Shown here piece after piece: positions 1-12,900 of a stretch of 64,000 bases of DNA. Positions within the stretch are counted from its first letter, which is position 1. Each line of letters opens with the position of its first letter. Made by a program: the position numbers and the translations under genes. Below the pieces are notes generated by a model. It saw only the letters and a program-made list of their open reading frames with translations. It did not search any database and was not told the DNA's origin. Origin of the DNA: Cycas panzhihuaensis (Eukaryota; Plantae; Cycadophyta); the NCBI GenBank assembly GCA_023213395.1, contig CM041465.1:177079741-177143740 (forward strand), written 5' to 3'.

Positions 1-1112
1 ACATTAGATTTTACTACGATCAAGGTATTTTACTATTACAATGAGTTTGTCATTTGCTTTTACTATTTAAAAAAATCCTCTCTTTTTTTTTCTTAAGAAA
101 AGGGAAAAAGAAAAAAACTTAAAAATCTACTTCTAAAGTTAAATTTTAACCAAGAGAGAAAGTACTAGGAAAAGTGAGAGAAATTCAAATCTTCTGTCAA
201 AACTTCTATATGGCCATGCAACCATACAAAACGGTCAAAACATTTCAGCTCAAAATGCCACTCTCCTAGATGATTGATCTCATTATGGTGAGTCAAAAAG
301 TCTTATGGCGAAACTTCTAAAAATAAACAGAAATAGTCTGAAACTCGTTGAAACTCCTATGAGACTTTCATTAGTAGAAATCTAAAATTTGAAGATTTTT
401 TTTTCTTTAGTGAATCAAATCTAATAAAACTTGATTTGTTGGATTCCTTAAGGCTAGATCTACTAAAGCCCTTAAGAAATTTTAACATACATTAAAAATT
501 TTGAGAAAATTTCTTTAAAAAGTAATCAGATTAAAGTCAATTAAACTTTTACTTTTTAAGGTTGATCGAGGTAGAATTTAGAGATGGTGTAGAAGATAAA
601 AATATTTGTCTTGCTTGGAAGTCCCTCTTTGTAAATTTTTAGTCAAAATGGATAACTTTTAATTTTTACCTCTCGTAGAGCTAAACAGCCTTTTTCTGAA
701 CAATTTAGACTTATTTCTTCCACCTATAAGAAGTTAAAATTTTTTTCTACAACTTTATAGCATATATTTTGTAATTGATAATTGATTTATGATAAAAATT
801 AATAGAATATCCCTTAATAAAATTTAAAATTAGCTATAAAAATTAATAAAAAAGCTAATTTTTTTCATGAGAGCCTAAAGCCAAAAAACCTTCTTCTAGC
901 TAACAACTTTGATTCTCAATGCACCTGCAAATAAATAGAGGATATTAAAATATAATGTAAATGAAATACAAGCTTTTCATGATAAAAAATCTCTCAAAAT
1001 TTTAAAAATAATGAGTGCACTCTCAATACTTCACATTGAAGGTGAAAGAGAGGCATAATGACTCTATGCAAGTAGAATGGAATGAATAGATTTCCTTCTA
1101 GCTCTAATACCA
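1..1112 (-). mobile_element. 5' leader of a minus-strand LTR retrotransposon; tRNA-iMet PBS at 1101-1112
   Basis: 1101-1112 GCTCTAATACCA is the reverse complement of TGGTATTAGAGC (PBS) and abuts an LTR. The rest is non-coding AT-rich leader running off the window edge. Confidence 0.6.
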
Positions 1113-2092
1113 TATGAAGGAAGAATGAATCTAGGAAATAAATCACTCACATACATACCATGACAATGGAGAATGAAAAAGAGATGAAATAAGATATGAG
1201 AGCAAAGTTTGGAGGTGAGAATAAATAATGACTCCCCCCTTAAGATTTCACCTTTTATTATTGAGGGTGAGTATTAGGGTTAGGATTTTTCTGCCTAATA
1301 ACATGAAGCCAAAATTACATCTAAATGTATATAAAGCATATTTTACTAAGATACTAATACTAATCATACATTCTAAGGTCACTTAGTTAATCTACATAAA
1401 TAACCTAGTGCCTAGTGGCTCTACTGGGGCATACCATCCCCACGATCTAACTGTGACGCAATGAAGACTGGTTGCGAAGGATAACAGGCCCTGCTTGGAG
1501 CTAAATAGGCCATGAACTATACTATGCAAAGGTGTTGGAGCGGGAGGCGTTTAGAGATTACAGGTTAGGGTTCTCCCAGGATGAGAGGCAGTGCGTGGAG
1601 ACCCGAAGACTAGGATGCTTTGGCACCCTTCGAAAGGCGCAGGCTGCTGTGATGAGCTTGTTGTAACAGAAGGAAGACTGGCTGGGAAGGGAGACAGGTC
1701 CCTCTCGGTGGAAGATAGGCCGTGTAAAAAGACAAACAGTGAAGGAAGACAGGCTCCGTATGGTGACAGAGGATGCCCAGAGAAGAACTTGAATGGTAGC
1801 CCCCTAACTTAGGAGAAGAATGATAAAGCAAAGAGAATGCTAGAGGCTGAGTCAGATTTAGTGCCAAGGGCTATGGTATGTCCCTGCTTCCCTTGTTTGG
1901 GTTTTTTCTTTTGTAGTTTATAATCTCTCAAATATGGAAAAGGACCATAATCCTCAAAACCAGAACCAAAACCCCAACCTGTCATTGGGGAGATCCTACC
2001 ACGATGTTCTGAAAATAAATGAGGAGGAAACATTTGACCTAACACCTGTGATTCAGGATAATAAGGTTAGACTAAAAATCCCCTAGGCCCTA

Positions 2093-2869
2093 GTGGAGAA
2101 AACTGAGAAACATTGGGAGAACTACCTTGTTGGCAGATTCTCTAAACCTAAATCAGGTCTGGAAACCATCAGGAACTGGACGAGGACAAAATGGAAAATG
2201 ATGGGCAACGTGGAAGTAATAGCCATGCCTAAGGGCTGCGTACTATTTAAATTTTCTTCTTATGAGGACATATCTAGTATTCTGTTAAGGGCCCCATGGA
2301 TGCTTGGCAGGAAGGCCCTATCTCTTGAGAAATGGCATAGGGACTTTGATTCCTCTGTTCCCAAAATCAGACAAGCTCTTATATGGATCCAACTTCCAGG
2401 TCTCCCCTTACATCACTCAAACCCCGAAGTGTCCAAAGGTATAGCAAAAGCGGTGGGTCCTCTCTTAGCAATAAATTCTATAATAAAGAATAGAAGCAGA
2501 CTCATAAATGCTAGATTCTACACCCTGGTCCTTATTGATAAACCCCTCCTGGATGACATATGGATGGATATGATGGATGGGAGCTAGGCACAACTATTGA
2601 TCTATGAGATGGAGCATTTTAGATGCTCAACCTATAGAAACCTGGGGCACCTACCCCAAAAGTGCCCAGGTGTGCAACTCTCAAAGGATGAGAGACAAGA
2701 GGGCCCCTTAGAGCCAAATCTCCAGGAGGCTTCGAAGAAGGAAAAGGAAAAAGGGGAGGCATTAGAACGCCCAAGCCAAATGGAGGTCGTTGAGGCCCCT
2801 CATCTAAACCTAGGTTTTGACCCTAATGAGGAGGACATGCTCTTAGAGGAAGGTGAGCAAGCAGTATAG
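2093..2869 (+). pseudogene. LINE ORF1 core (DUF4283/RRM-like plus degenerate zinc knuckle)
   Basis: LVGRF...W...FKFSS...PWML...LEKW; IWIQLPGLPLH; C-STYRNLGH-LPQKC knuckle remnant; in-frame stops. Confidence 0.85.
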
Positions 2870-3390
2870 GTTCTAGTGGCCCCGGGGAGCCCGGTTGGCG
2901 AGGATAGTATAGGGGGCTTTATCCCAATTGGGGCTGCTTCTTCAGTCCAATTTACTTTAACTCATATGCCTGAGCCATATAGGATGCGGGGTATGGAGGT
3001 AGTACTGGGGCTGGGCTTACCCCCCTGCTTATAAAGGACTCCTCCTCAAATGCTGTAGATAAGACAGTATAACCAGTGAATTAGGCGTAGTTGGCTGGGG
3101 CTGAAGGGCTTGTGATGTCCACTTCAGAGGTCCTAGGGACGCCAGGCCTAGATACCTTCCCACAACTAGTCATGTCCTAAAAGAAGCAGCCGGATGTGGG
3201 TGCTAAGAAGAAGGTGGGGAGGCCATCTTTTAAACTCCAAAGAGAGAGAAACGGCTACCCAGGTAGATCAAGGTAGCCAGAAAACTTTAAAGGATGCCTT
3301 CCTTAAAGAGCCTAATCTTAGATCTAGAACAGAAGGCAGAGATCCATCGAAAGGTGAAGCCGCTGAAGTTTAGAAGCAAAGGAAGAAAAG

Positions 3391-6300
3391 ATAAAAATTA
3401 TATTATGGAATATCAGGGGACTTAATGCCCCCTCGAAACAGAGAATTATTATGGACATGAGGAATAGATACCACTCGGACCTGATGTTCTTGCAGGAAAC
3501 TAAGCTAAGTTAGGAGAATGGACCAAAGATTAGGAACAAAATTTGGAAGAGTGCCGAAAGTATAGAGATTAACTATGACCAAGGAGCTGGGGGCTTAATG
3601 GTGCTATGGACTTCGTCGACATGGTCGGGTGAAATCTTCCTAGCTGAGGAATCCTTTATATCGATACGATTAACAAATAAAAGTAACAACTATAAATAGC
3701 TAGCCATAAACATTTATGCCCAAAATCTTTTAGAGGCCAGGAAGAGGCTTTGGGATAGATTACTGGAGGCCCATAGGGATCCCCAAGAACCATGGCTACT
3801 GGTGGGTGACTTTAACTCGGCGTTGTCTCTAGGGGACAAGAGAGGTGGCACTGGTAGGTGGACTACTAGCATGAGCGAGATCAATGACTTCCTACAGCAG
3901 GGGGGTCTGGAAGATGTTAAGCTCAGAGGTGCTTCATTTACCTGGTCTAATAAGTATATGGGGGATGATTTAATTCAAATCAAATTGGACAAGTTGCTAG
4001 TCAACTATGATTGGATGAGGTGCTTCAAGGACTTCACCCTGGAGGCTCTGTCGAGGATTAGCTCTGACCATTCACCTCTCTTGTTTTAATTTTTAGATCT
4101 GGGTAAATATATTGGGTCATCCTTCAGGTTCGAACTAATGTGGCTTCGACACCCTGATCTTCGAAAGAGGATTGAGGAATGGTGGGGTGTTCAAATTCGA
4201 GGCCATGTAATGTACAGATTCTTAAAGAAATTAGATTGGGTCAAAAGACAAGTAAAGGTATGGAACAAGGAGGTTTTTCAAAACATACACGAACAAAAGG
4301 ATAAAACTATCCATGACACGAAGAAAGCAGAGGATGTGGTCCAGCGGAAGGTAGATCCCCAGAGCTAGATAAGACAGAGAAGGAACTGGCTGAGACCCTA
4401 GAGGAGATCCTCATCAGGGAGGAAATCCATTGGAGATAAAAATCTAGGGCTCTATGGCTGGCGAAGGAAATAGAAACACTAATTTTTTCCATATGATCAC
4501 AGCCAAGCATAGAGCAAGCAATAGAATTAATAGTCTTCAAAAGGAAGATGGCTCAGTAGTCAATTCAACAGAAGGCATGAAGGAGTTGGCTAGTGAATAC
4601 TTCAAGTACTTATATACTGAACCGCATGATGGGGATAAGGACGGAAGGAAGGATTTCCTAAATAACATCCCCGGTCTGGTGAATGAAGCATAAAATGCCC
4701 AGCTAACAGTACCATTCACCCTGGATGAAGTTAGGGTGGCTCTCTTTGGCATGAAGAAAGATAAAGCTCCAGGCCCCAATGGATTCCCCCTAGGATTTTT
4801 TCAGGAGTTTTGGGACATAATCAAGGAGGACCTCATGGAAGCTCTGCAGGAGTTTTATGTAAATAAAAAGATTCTGCAGGAATGGCAGACCACATTCCTT
4901 GTTATCATCCCTAAAAAAGAAGGGGCGAAAAGAATGGAAGAGTTTCACCTAATCAGTCTTTGCAATGTTAAATATAAGATTATAACCAAGGTCTTAGTTA
5001 ATAGACTAAAGAAAATTATGCCAAATACCATATCCCATAATCAAGACAGTTTTCTCTGGGGCAGACAGATTTATGATGGTTATATAGTAGTTCACGAAAC
5101 AATCCACTCAGCCACAGAAAGGAAGGAGCATGTGATGCTCATCAAGATAGACCTTACAAAGGCCTTCGATAGGGTCTCTTGGGAGTGCTTGCTAGATTGT
5201 CTAGAGGCATTTGGCTTTGGGGAACCTTGGCGGTCTTGGATTAAGCTATGTATAGGCAATCCATAATTCTCAGTTATCATCAATGGCTCATCTTCCAGCT
5301 TTTTTCCAGGTTTTCAGGGATTGAGATAGGGTGATCCCCTTTCTCCCTTCCTATACATTACGATGGCTGAATTGTTGGGTAGAACCTTGGAGTCAGCTAG
5401 GAGGCAAGGGATTATAAATGGTATTAAACTGACATCAGGGGTGGATAATGTGGCCCACCACCAATTCGTGGATGATAATATCTTCTTAGGGAAGGCTGCT
5501 ATAAGAGAGGCATCCAATTTTAAGGAGATCTTGGGGCACTTTGAGAAGGCCATGAACCAGAAGATAAGTTTGAACAAGAGTAACATCTTTTTCATAAACA
5601 TCCCAAGCCAAATCCAAGGTAGGATCTGCAAGATTCTAGGGATGAGTATCAAAAAGCTCCCCACAACTTACCTCGGCTTGCCTCTCTTTGTTGGAAAGAT
5701 TACAAAAGAAATGTGGAACCCCCTTATCGATAGGATGCAAAGGAAGTTGGCGAGCTAGAAAGGCACCCTATTAAGTTTAGTTGGAAAATTCCAGCTAGTT
5801 GCGTCTACGCTTCAGAGCATCCTAGTCTTTTGGATGTCCATCTTTAGGATTCCACCTGGAATCTCAGACACTATTGAATCCATCCAGAAGTGATTCCTTT
5901 GGTCTGGGGTAGAAAATAAGGATGGGATACATCTGGTGAGCTGGAGCAAAGTCTGCACTCCGAAATGGGTCGGTGGCCTCAATCTAAGAAGGATTTCATC
6001 CTTCAATGTTTCTCTCGGGGCAAAGTTGGGCCAACGATTAATCAAAGGAGGAGAAAGACTATGGGAGAAGATCCTATCATGAAAATATATTCAAGGGGGC
6101 TCTCTCATAGAAAACACTGCATCGCTGGTTGGCTCAACCATTTGGAGGAGCATCCTTAAAGCTTGGAAAGCCATCAGGGATGACCTGAAATGGAGATTGG
6201 GAAATGGCAACTCCATAAGGTTCTGGGAGGATGTGTGGTGCTATGACAAGGCTCTAAAGAAATACCCAGACCTGGAGCCTATTATGGGTCCTTGTGTTAG

Positions 6301-7576
6301 GCATTATGGTCTACATGTAAAAGATTATTGGACTGAGAGTGGAAAAAACAGGGACTGGAGGAACTTTGAGGAAATCCAGGGTGAGTGTAGATTGTAGGAG
6401 GGTCTTTATAAGATCAAAAGGATTCTAGGTAAAAGCTACATCCCTATAACGCCTTTGCCAGATTTGATTGTGTGGCCCTTGAGCTCGTCCGGGGAGTACA
6501 CCATTAAATAGGGGTACCACTATTTATGTTTAATGAGAGGGGACCAAAGTAATCCAATATTATAAGGTGTTTGGAAGCTCCCTCTCATCCCCAAGATAGC
6601 TATTTTTTGGTGGACCTGTTTGATGAACAAAATACTTACTATAGACAACCTCAAAAAGAGAGGCTTTTTATTGCCCAACAGATGTATACTATGTTGCAAA
6701 GAAGAGGAATCTACAGATCATATCCTCCTTGAGTGTCCCTTCATAAGGGAGGTATGGAGGATGTTGCTTGAGAAACTAGAGGTATGTTGGACCTTCTCAG
6801 AAAAGATTGTTAACCTTTAGCTTGTTTAGCAAAGCCCATTTAGAAGCAGAATCTTAACTTGTATCTAGAAGAGTACACTCCCGATACTTGCATGGAACAT
6901 TTGGAAAGAGAGGAACCGAAGGATTTTCCAGGGGAACCAGATGGACCAGTTAGCCACCTTCAATAGAATTTGTATGGACATCAAGGAGAATGTCAGAAAT
7001 ACCAAAGAGAAGCATACAACCCTGACTGAGAATAAGATTTTTCTTAAATGGGGCATAGAGCCTATATTTGAGGTGGTAAAGGCCAGATGTAGCAACTGGA
7101 TGCCCCCAGAGGCACCCTAGATTAAAATCAACTTTGATGGGGCGGCAAAGGGGAACCCCAGAGAAGCTGGGGAAGGGGGAATTTGTAGAGACAACAACGA
7201 CACCCCTATTTGGGCCTTTGCGGATTACTATGAGCATCAAACGAACCACTATGCGGAAACACACACTATGCTCAAAGCTCTAAATTTAGTTCTTGAAGGT
7301 GACATTCAGCGCTTGGTAATTGAGGGGGATTCAGAGGTGGTTATAAACTCACTAAAAGGTGTTCCCCTCCTAGACTAGAGATTCCAATCCATAATCAATG
7401 ATGCCAAGGAGACCATTAAGGGATTAATAGATGTCTGTATAAGGCACACCTTGAGAGAAGGTAACAAAGCAACTGATTTCTTGGCAAACTAGGGGGTGAG
7501 GCACAAGAGAGGACATGTGTGGAGGTGTGACTTTCTTGGGGACCTCATGGTTCTAGTAGAAAAAGAAATGGTCTAA
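3391..7576 (+). pseudogene. LINE ORF2 (APE endonuclease - RT - zf-RVT - RNase H), disrupted
   Basis: WNIRGLN, LQETK, GDFNS and SDH (APE); KAPGPNG, IDLTKAFD, GDPLSP and QFVDD (RT); CILC...EESTDHILLEC; KINFDGAAKGNP...IEGDS (RNase H). Many TAG/TAA/TGA stops and some frameshifts. Confidence 0.93.
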
Positions 7577-7779
7577 AGTAGTTAGTCATGGGGCTTGTCT
7601 CGGTAATCTATTTCTCTTGCCTAGACTGTGGGGCTGTCACGATCATCTCTGACTTGGTAACCCAAAGCATACTAATGTACTAGGTTGTGGGATCCTGCTT
7701 CAAACCCACTCATAATTCAATTTTATCTTATCAAAAAAAAAAGTCTACATAAATAACCTTGATACATTAATCTCTTTCA

Positions 7780-8153
7780 AGGAAACCAACTATTACTTTA
7801 TCATCTACAAAGGTAGAATACAAATCAACCATAAGTGCATCTTATAAAGCGATATGGTTGAGACAATTATTGATAAATCTAAATAAAAAATAAAGTGGTC
7901 CAAGAATTATTTACTATGATAATTAAAGCATAATAAATTTGACCAAAAAATCCAGTCTTTCATACCATAACTAAATATATTCAAGTGCATCATCACTTCA
8001 TCTAAGGAAAAATATAAAATAAAGAAATAGAGCTAATGTAATATACAACAAACAAATAAGTTATAGACATCTTAACTAAATCTCTCAGCAAAGATAATTT
8101 TTAATTTCTTAGAAATAAACTTAGTTTAAAATAGATAAAACATTAAGAAAGAG
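7780..8153 (+). pseudogene. Ty1/Copia RNase H remnant and PPT
   Basis: Decayed TLSSTKVEYK...AIWLRQLL...NPVFH..TKYI.V.HHF motifs, followed by purine tract AAGAAAGAG and then TGTTAG. Confidence 0.8.
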
Positions 8154-8453
8154 TGTTAGAATAATATTTTATCTATGATAGTATCTTAAGTTGTATAGTT
8201 AATTAATGAGGATTATGGGGCATTCTCTCTTCTTTGTAAGATTGACAAGTGGCTTACATATAGTAAGTGGTTACTAAACATTCCTTATATCTATAACGAG
8301 ATCATCTCTCACATAATCAATGAGCATTCCTTATTCAACAATATTTTCTCCTTCATTTAGAACTTCTCCTTCTTTCTTTATCTTCTTCCTACTCTTTCTC
8401 TTTCTCTTTCTATTCATCTATCTTAAGTGGTAATACTATTTAGACCTATTATA
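8154..8453 (+). repeat. Copia-type LTR followed by a degenerate PBS (8454-8467)
   Basis: Starts TGTTAGA after the PPT; CT-rich U5; followed by TGAGGTATCAGA. The 3' boundary is approximate. Confidence 0.6.
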
Positions 8454-9912
8454 TGAGGTATCAGAATAAGGTTACTTAGCCACCAAAAAAAAAAATTCTA
8501 CTTTAATATAGGATTTGAAAGCATATCTGGGAGTATAAATACTAAAAATTCTAAAAAACAATGGTAAATTTAAAACAAAATGGCACATTCTATAAATTTT
8601 AAATAGGTTAATCTAAAATTTTGGGGAGAAATTGTAACAAATTTAATTTCAACCTTTTTTTAGCCACCACTTTTGGTGTCAAATTTATTACATCAACTTT
8701 AAACAAATATAACTTTGACTACATGTATCAAAATGATCCTTTTTTTTTTTTAGAATTAGTCTTGGGTTGATTAGAGGTCAGAGTAAAAAGTTATCAATAT
8801 TTTATTAGAAGGTATTATTATAAGTCTAGAAATCCTATGAATAACACTCTTTAAAATAAACATATCTTTTGTTACATTTATTAAAATTAAATTTTATCTA
8901 AATTATTGGAATTGTAATTTAAAAGTCATTATTTTAAACTATATTTTATGCATTTTAGAGCTATTTTATTTTATATATTAAATTTTAAAATTAATATTTC
9001 ATATAGTATTTATTTTATCATCCAGACCTTGGTTGCAAAACTATTGCTCTTGAGACCTAATATTTTTCTTATCAAAATCAGGAGATAACAAGCTATAGAC
9101 ACCCCTAGTATCTCTTATCTTCACATCATCATGGCTACCTAAAGGCCCATGTTGCCCATATTTTGTATAGATAAGATTCTTATTATAGATGATTAGGTCA
9201 AAGAAATGAATAAGGATTTAAAATCTCATATTGATGACTAACTTAGAAGTGAAGAAATGACTAAAGTAACCTTATTATATCTATAAGGAGAAACTTACCT
9301 TTGGTCTAAGGAGTGTTATAATAGAGGTAGATAATTAAAATAATACTCACTATAATTAGCTATTTGTATGAAATATAATAGTTCTTGGTGGTAGGAAATA
9401 CAAAGCCTTGAATAAGAAAAAGAAAAAGCTCATTAAATATTAGAAAGGTTCAACTATAAGGTGGAACAAGGAATTCTACCTATTCTATAGAGTTAGTGAT
9501 AACAAAAGAATAATGATGGAGAAAAAGAATATCAAAGTTGTTTACCACCTTACATCACTAGATGTAGCTAATGACAAGAAAGAATGTAGCTTGTTAAAGG
9601 TTAAAAGTCATACTAAAGTGTTATCATACTAGTATCCACATTATCAAGACACTTAACATGCCAAAGCTCATTATGAAAGGCCCTCATCAACTAAGTACCT
9701 CAAGAAAGCACAACATTCAAGATTGAGATTTCAAAATTGTAGATATTAAGAGCATATTATAATCTACTTGGGATGGATAGATCTTTATTCTATGCATAGT
9801 TTTTTTAACAACTTTTACTAAACCTATCAATTAGATAACAATAGTAAGAGGTGGTCACATGTATCAATGTATCAAGATGTTTCGAGAGTGAAGAATCTAA
9901 ATGGGGAGGACA
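8454..9912 (+). mobile_element. Non-autonomous LTR internal region (leader + decayed gag-like) ending in a PPT
   Basis: Leader at ~8550-9000 resembles the leader at ~58470-58980; purine tract ATGGGGAGGA at 9901-9910. Confidence 0.5.
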
Positions 9913-12900
9913 TGTGGTGGGCCTTCACCACATAAGAATAGGTTAGTAGGAGGTTAAGGTTAATGAAAGCGAAGATGTTACATATTCACCCTCTACAAGT
10001 GGAGTGAGTACTTAAAATGTTAGTCATCAAAAGGATAGTGTTAATTATTAATTTGTATACATAGCTTGCTTATCTTTATTAATAGGATTTGAGGCCATTT
10101 TTTCCACTAATGAAACTTATTGTAAAGAGGCCTTATATGCCTAGTTAAGACCAAGTTTTATAAAATAATATTGTTGAGTGTTGTTTCTTCCTTCAAATGT
10201 TGTACTGTAGTACCCCTTGCTGGTGTCAATTTATGCTCAAAGTGCTCTCAAGCCATCTAAGTTGTAATATGGTTTTCATTATTAATAAAATTGAATCTTG
10301 GTTACCACATTTCCTATTTTTTATATCTGAAATCATATAACCATTGAGGTTTGATATATCCCAAGTGGTATTAGAGCTTGATACAGAATCCAATGAGAGT
10401 AGCAAGCAAAATCAAAAGAAGTTAAAGAAGGGAAAAAAATTTTCCCTTTCTATATTACTATAAAGCCTTATTTGTACCTTTTGTTTTATTCAAGGTTCTA
10501 TTTAATTTTATCTTAATTCAACCAAACTGCAAGCTGATAGCAGAGTCCCACCCATTCCCTCCTCTTTCCTTAGCGGTTAGGTAGAGACCATGTGTGGGGG
10601 GTCTTTAAATATCATGAGGATTTATTCCTACTAAACTAAGTGTATATGGCCAAACACATGTGCATGAAGTGAAGTAATATAACAATGCTTACACAAGCTT
10701 CAAATAAACCCAACTATAAAAGTGAGTCTCCATGTACCTTTGGGTATACTAGAGGACCCTTATAGGTTCCCATGCCAACCTAGATTAAAAAGCTTATCAG
10801 TCGTATATCCCTTTGTGGTGCACAGGTTAGTAATTAATGCCCAGAAGTTACCATTCATGAACATCTCTATACAGTTGTTAACCTTATGGAGACATGCATT
10901 CCCCCATAGGTATTGCTCTAAGATATTAGGCAGAGTAATAATATTAACCAGAAAGTTTATTAAAGGACCTGTAAATCCAAACAATCCTATATCAGTGTCT
11001 GGTAGGCTCTCTTTGTTCATCTGTATAGCATCCATTATAAAAGTATTCATTACAAAAAAAATCACTCAAACCACTGCAATTTTGAAATAATAAAATAATA
11101 AATTATTAAGACTATTATTCTCTTGAAATAATAAAGTCCAAAATCATTATATGATTACTGTACTTCTAAAAATAAATCCCTAAAGTTTCTAAACATCTGA
11201 ATAGACATGGGTTGAACCAGCAATAGTAATATCACCTAAAGAAAATAGCATACAAACATCATAATCCAATTTCAGTAAACAGCAACATCAAAGTATTGAA
11301 TCTATATAATTCAACTTCTAAGAATCAAAGTTCAACTCCCAGGGATCAAAGTAGTTGAGAATTCTATAATCCAAAATTTAGTATTACATTCATGTCTGAG
11401 CCTTCAGTACAATCTATCTTGTTCAAGTCCATATCAAAGTCAATATTCAATCTAGTATTGTTCTTCTCACTAAGTCAATCTAGTCCACCTCCTTAACCAT
11501 CTTTAAAAATAGAAAAAGGGCAGTATGCAAGGTCACCTTGTTGAATACTTATATGATTTAGATGAAACATGTATGGTTGGACCTAGAACACAAAAAAAAA
11601 AGTCCACAGCTTAAACAATTATTATTAAAATTTATACATCCTATTTTAATCATTGCGTCATATAGGCCAGTCTCCACTAAGTTAGTTTTTATAATTAGTT
11701 TCAAGGTATAACAATACCCAGGTCCCTCATGAGCCTTGTTATAGAAAAATTATTACTAAACCTTACCTACATTATTTCAACGAGCTCTTTACACTTAGGT
11801 AAGTGCACTAGGTGATATTATTTATTATTTTTAGGATCCAACAAGTTATAAATACCTCCTCCCTGTTTACATAATCTCCTACTTCTATATAACCCCTTCT
11901 TTTTATCTCTTTCCCTCTTCTTAAAGTATCATTCTTCTAAGATATCCCACTTCTCAATAACCCTTTCTTTATTTGTTCAACTCTAGATTCAACTTCCATG
12001 TCACCCACATAAGTAGAGTACATCCAAGCATTAGTAACTCATATTGAAAGCTTGTCATTCAGACTAGAGTCACTCGATCATGAAGTTTAGTTTGGGAAAA
12101 TAGCAACTGATTTACAAGCACTCTCCAATAAAGTCACAAGAATGAGACAAAAAATAAAGTAAGAATTGAAGCAAGAAATTCAAGACACTAAACAAATCCT
12201 CTAAGATAGTCTTGACCAAAAATTAGATAGTATACTCTAGATCATCAAATCAAATACGGGCCCATCCACCTCCACACCCCTCCGCCAATCCAAATTACCT
12301 CCAATAATGTGGAATCCATGCCTTCACTTCAACAACATCCACTCCATTATAAGATCATAGTATCAATATTTGATTCAAATCTTAATAGGAATTTTATAAA
12401 AAACTAGATTAGTAAATTGGAATCATACTTCTTCCAGAATCCCATGTCATTGGCAAAATAGTTGATATTTCCATTGATCCATTTAGATGGCAAGGCACAT
12501 CATTAGTTTCAATTATGATAAAAGAAGAACCCGTTAGGCCTAATGTGGGACTTATTTTCCAAAGGATTCTTTAAATAATATGATAACATATGGAACAGTT
12601 CTTTCTTTATTCAACTCACCAAGATTAAACAAACCACATTAGTAGAAGCATACACTAACAAGATCTAGAAATTCCAAAATTGAGTTACCTCTCAACTTAA
12701 TCAACATACCCTGGTTAATATTTATCTTTCATGGCTTAAAGAGTACATCTAGATGTGCTTAAAAGGTAGCACTGTCTACTCTTTAAGGGATGTCATCTCC
12801 ACTGTTAGAGAAATTGAAAATGAATTTGTGATAGAATGTGCCCCCACCTTTAGGGGAGAGCCTAATTAGACTCAATATCCTCATTTTTTAGATTATATGT

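Larger units (their letters stand above)
1407..7743 (+). mobile_element. Full-length, degenerate plant L1-clade LINE with C-terminal RNase H
   Basis: 16-bp TSD TCTACATAAATAACCT at 1391-1406 and 7744-7759; poly(A) at ~7733-7742; ORF1 and ORF2 motifs in the expected order. Confidence 0.95.
1113..7779 (-). repeat. 5' LTR of the minus-strand element (1113-1406 + 7760-7779), split by the L1 insertion
   Basis: Adjacent to the PBS; termini read TGAA...TTCA once the LINE is removed; Copia RNase H sequence starts immediately after 7779. Confidence 0.55.
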
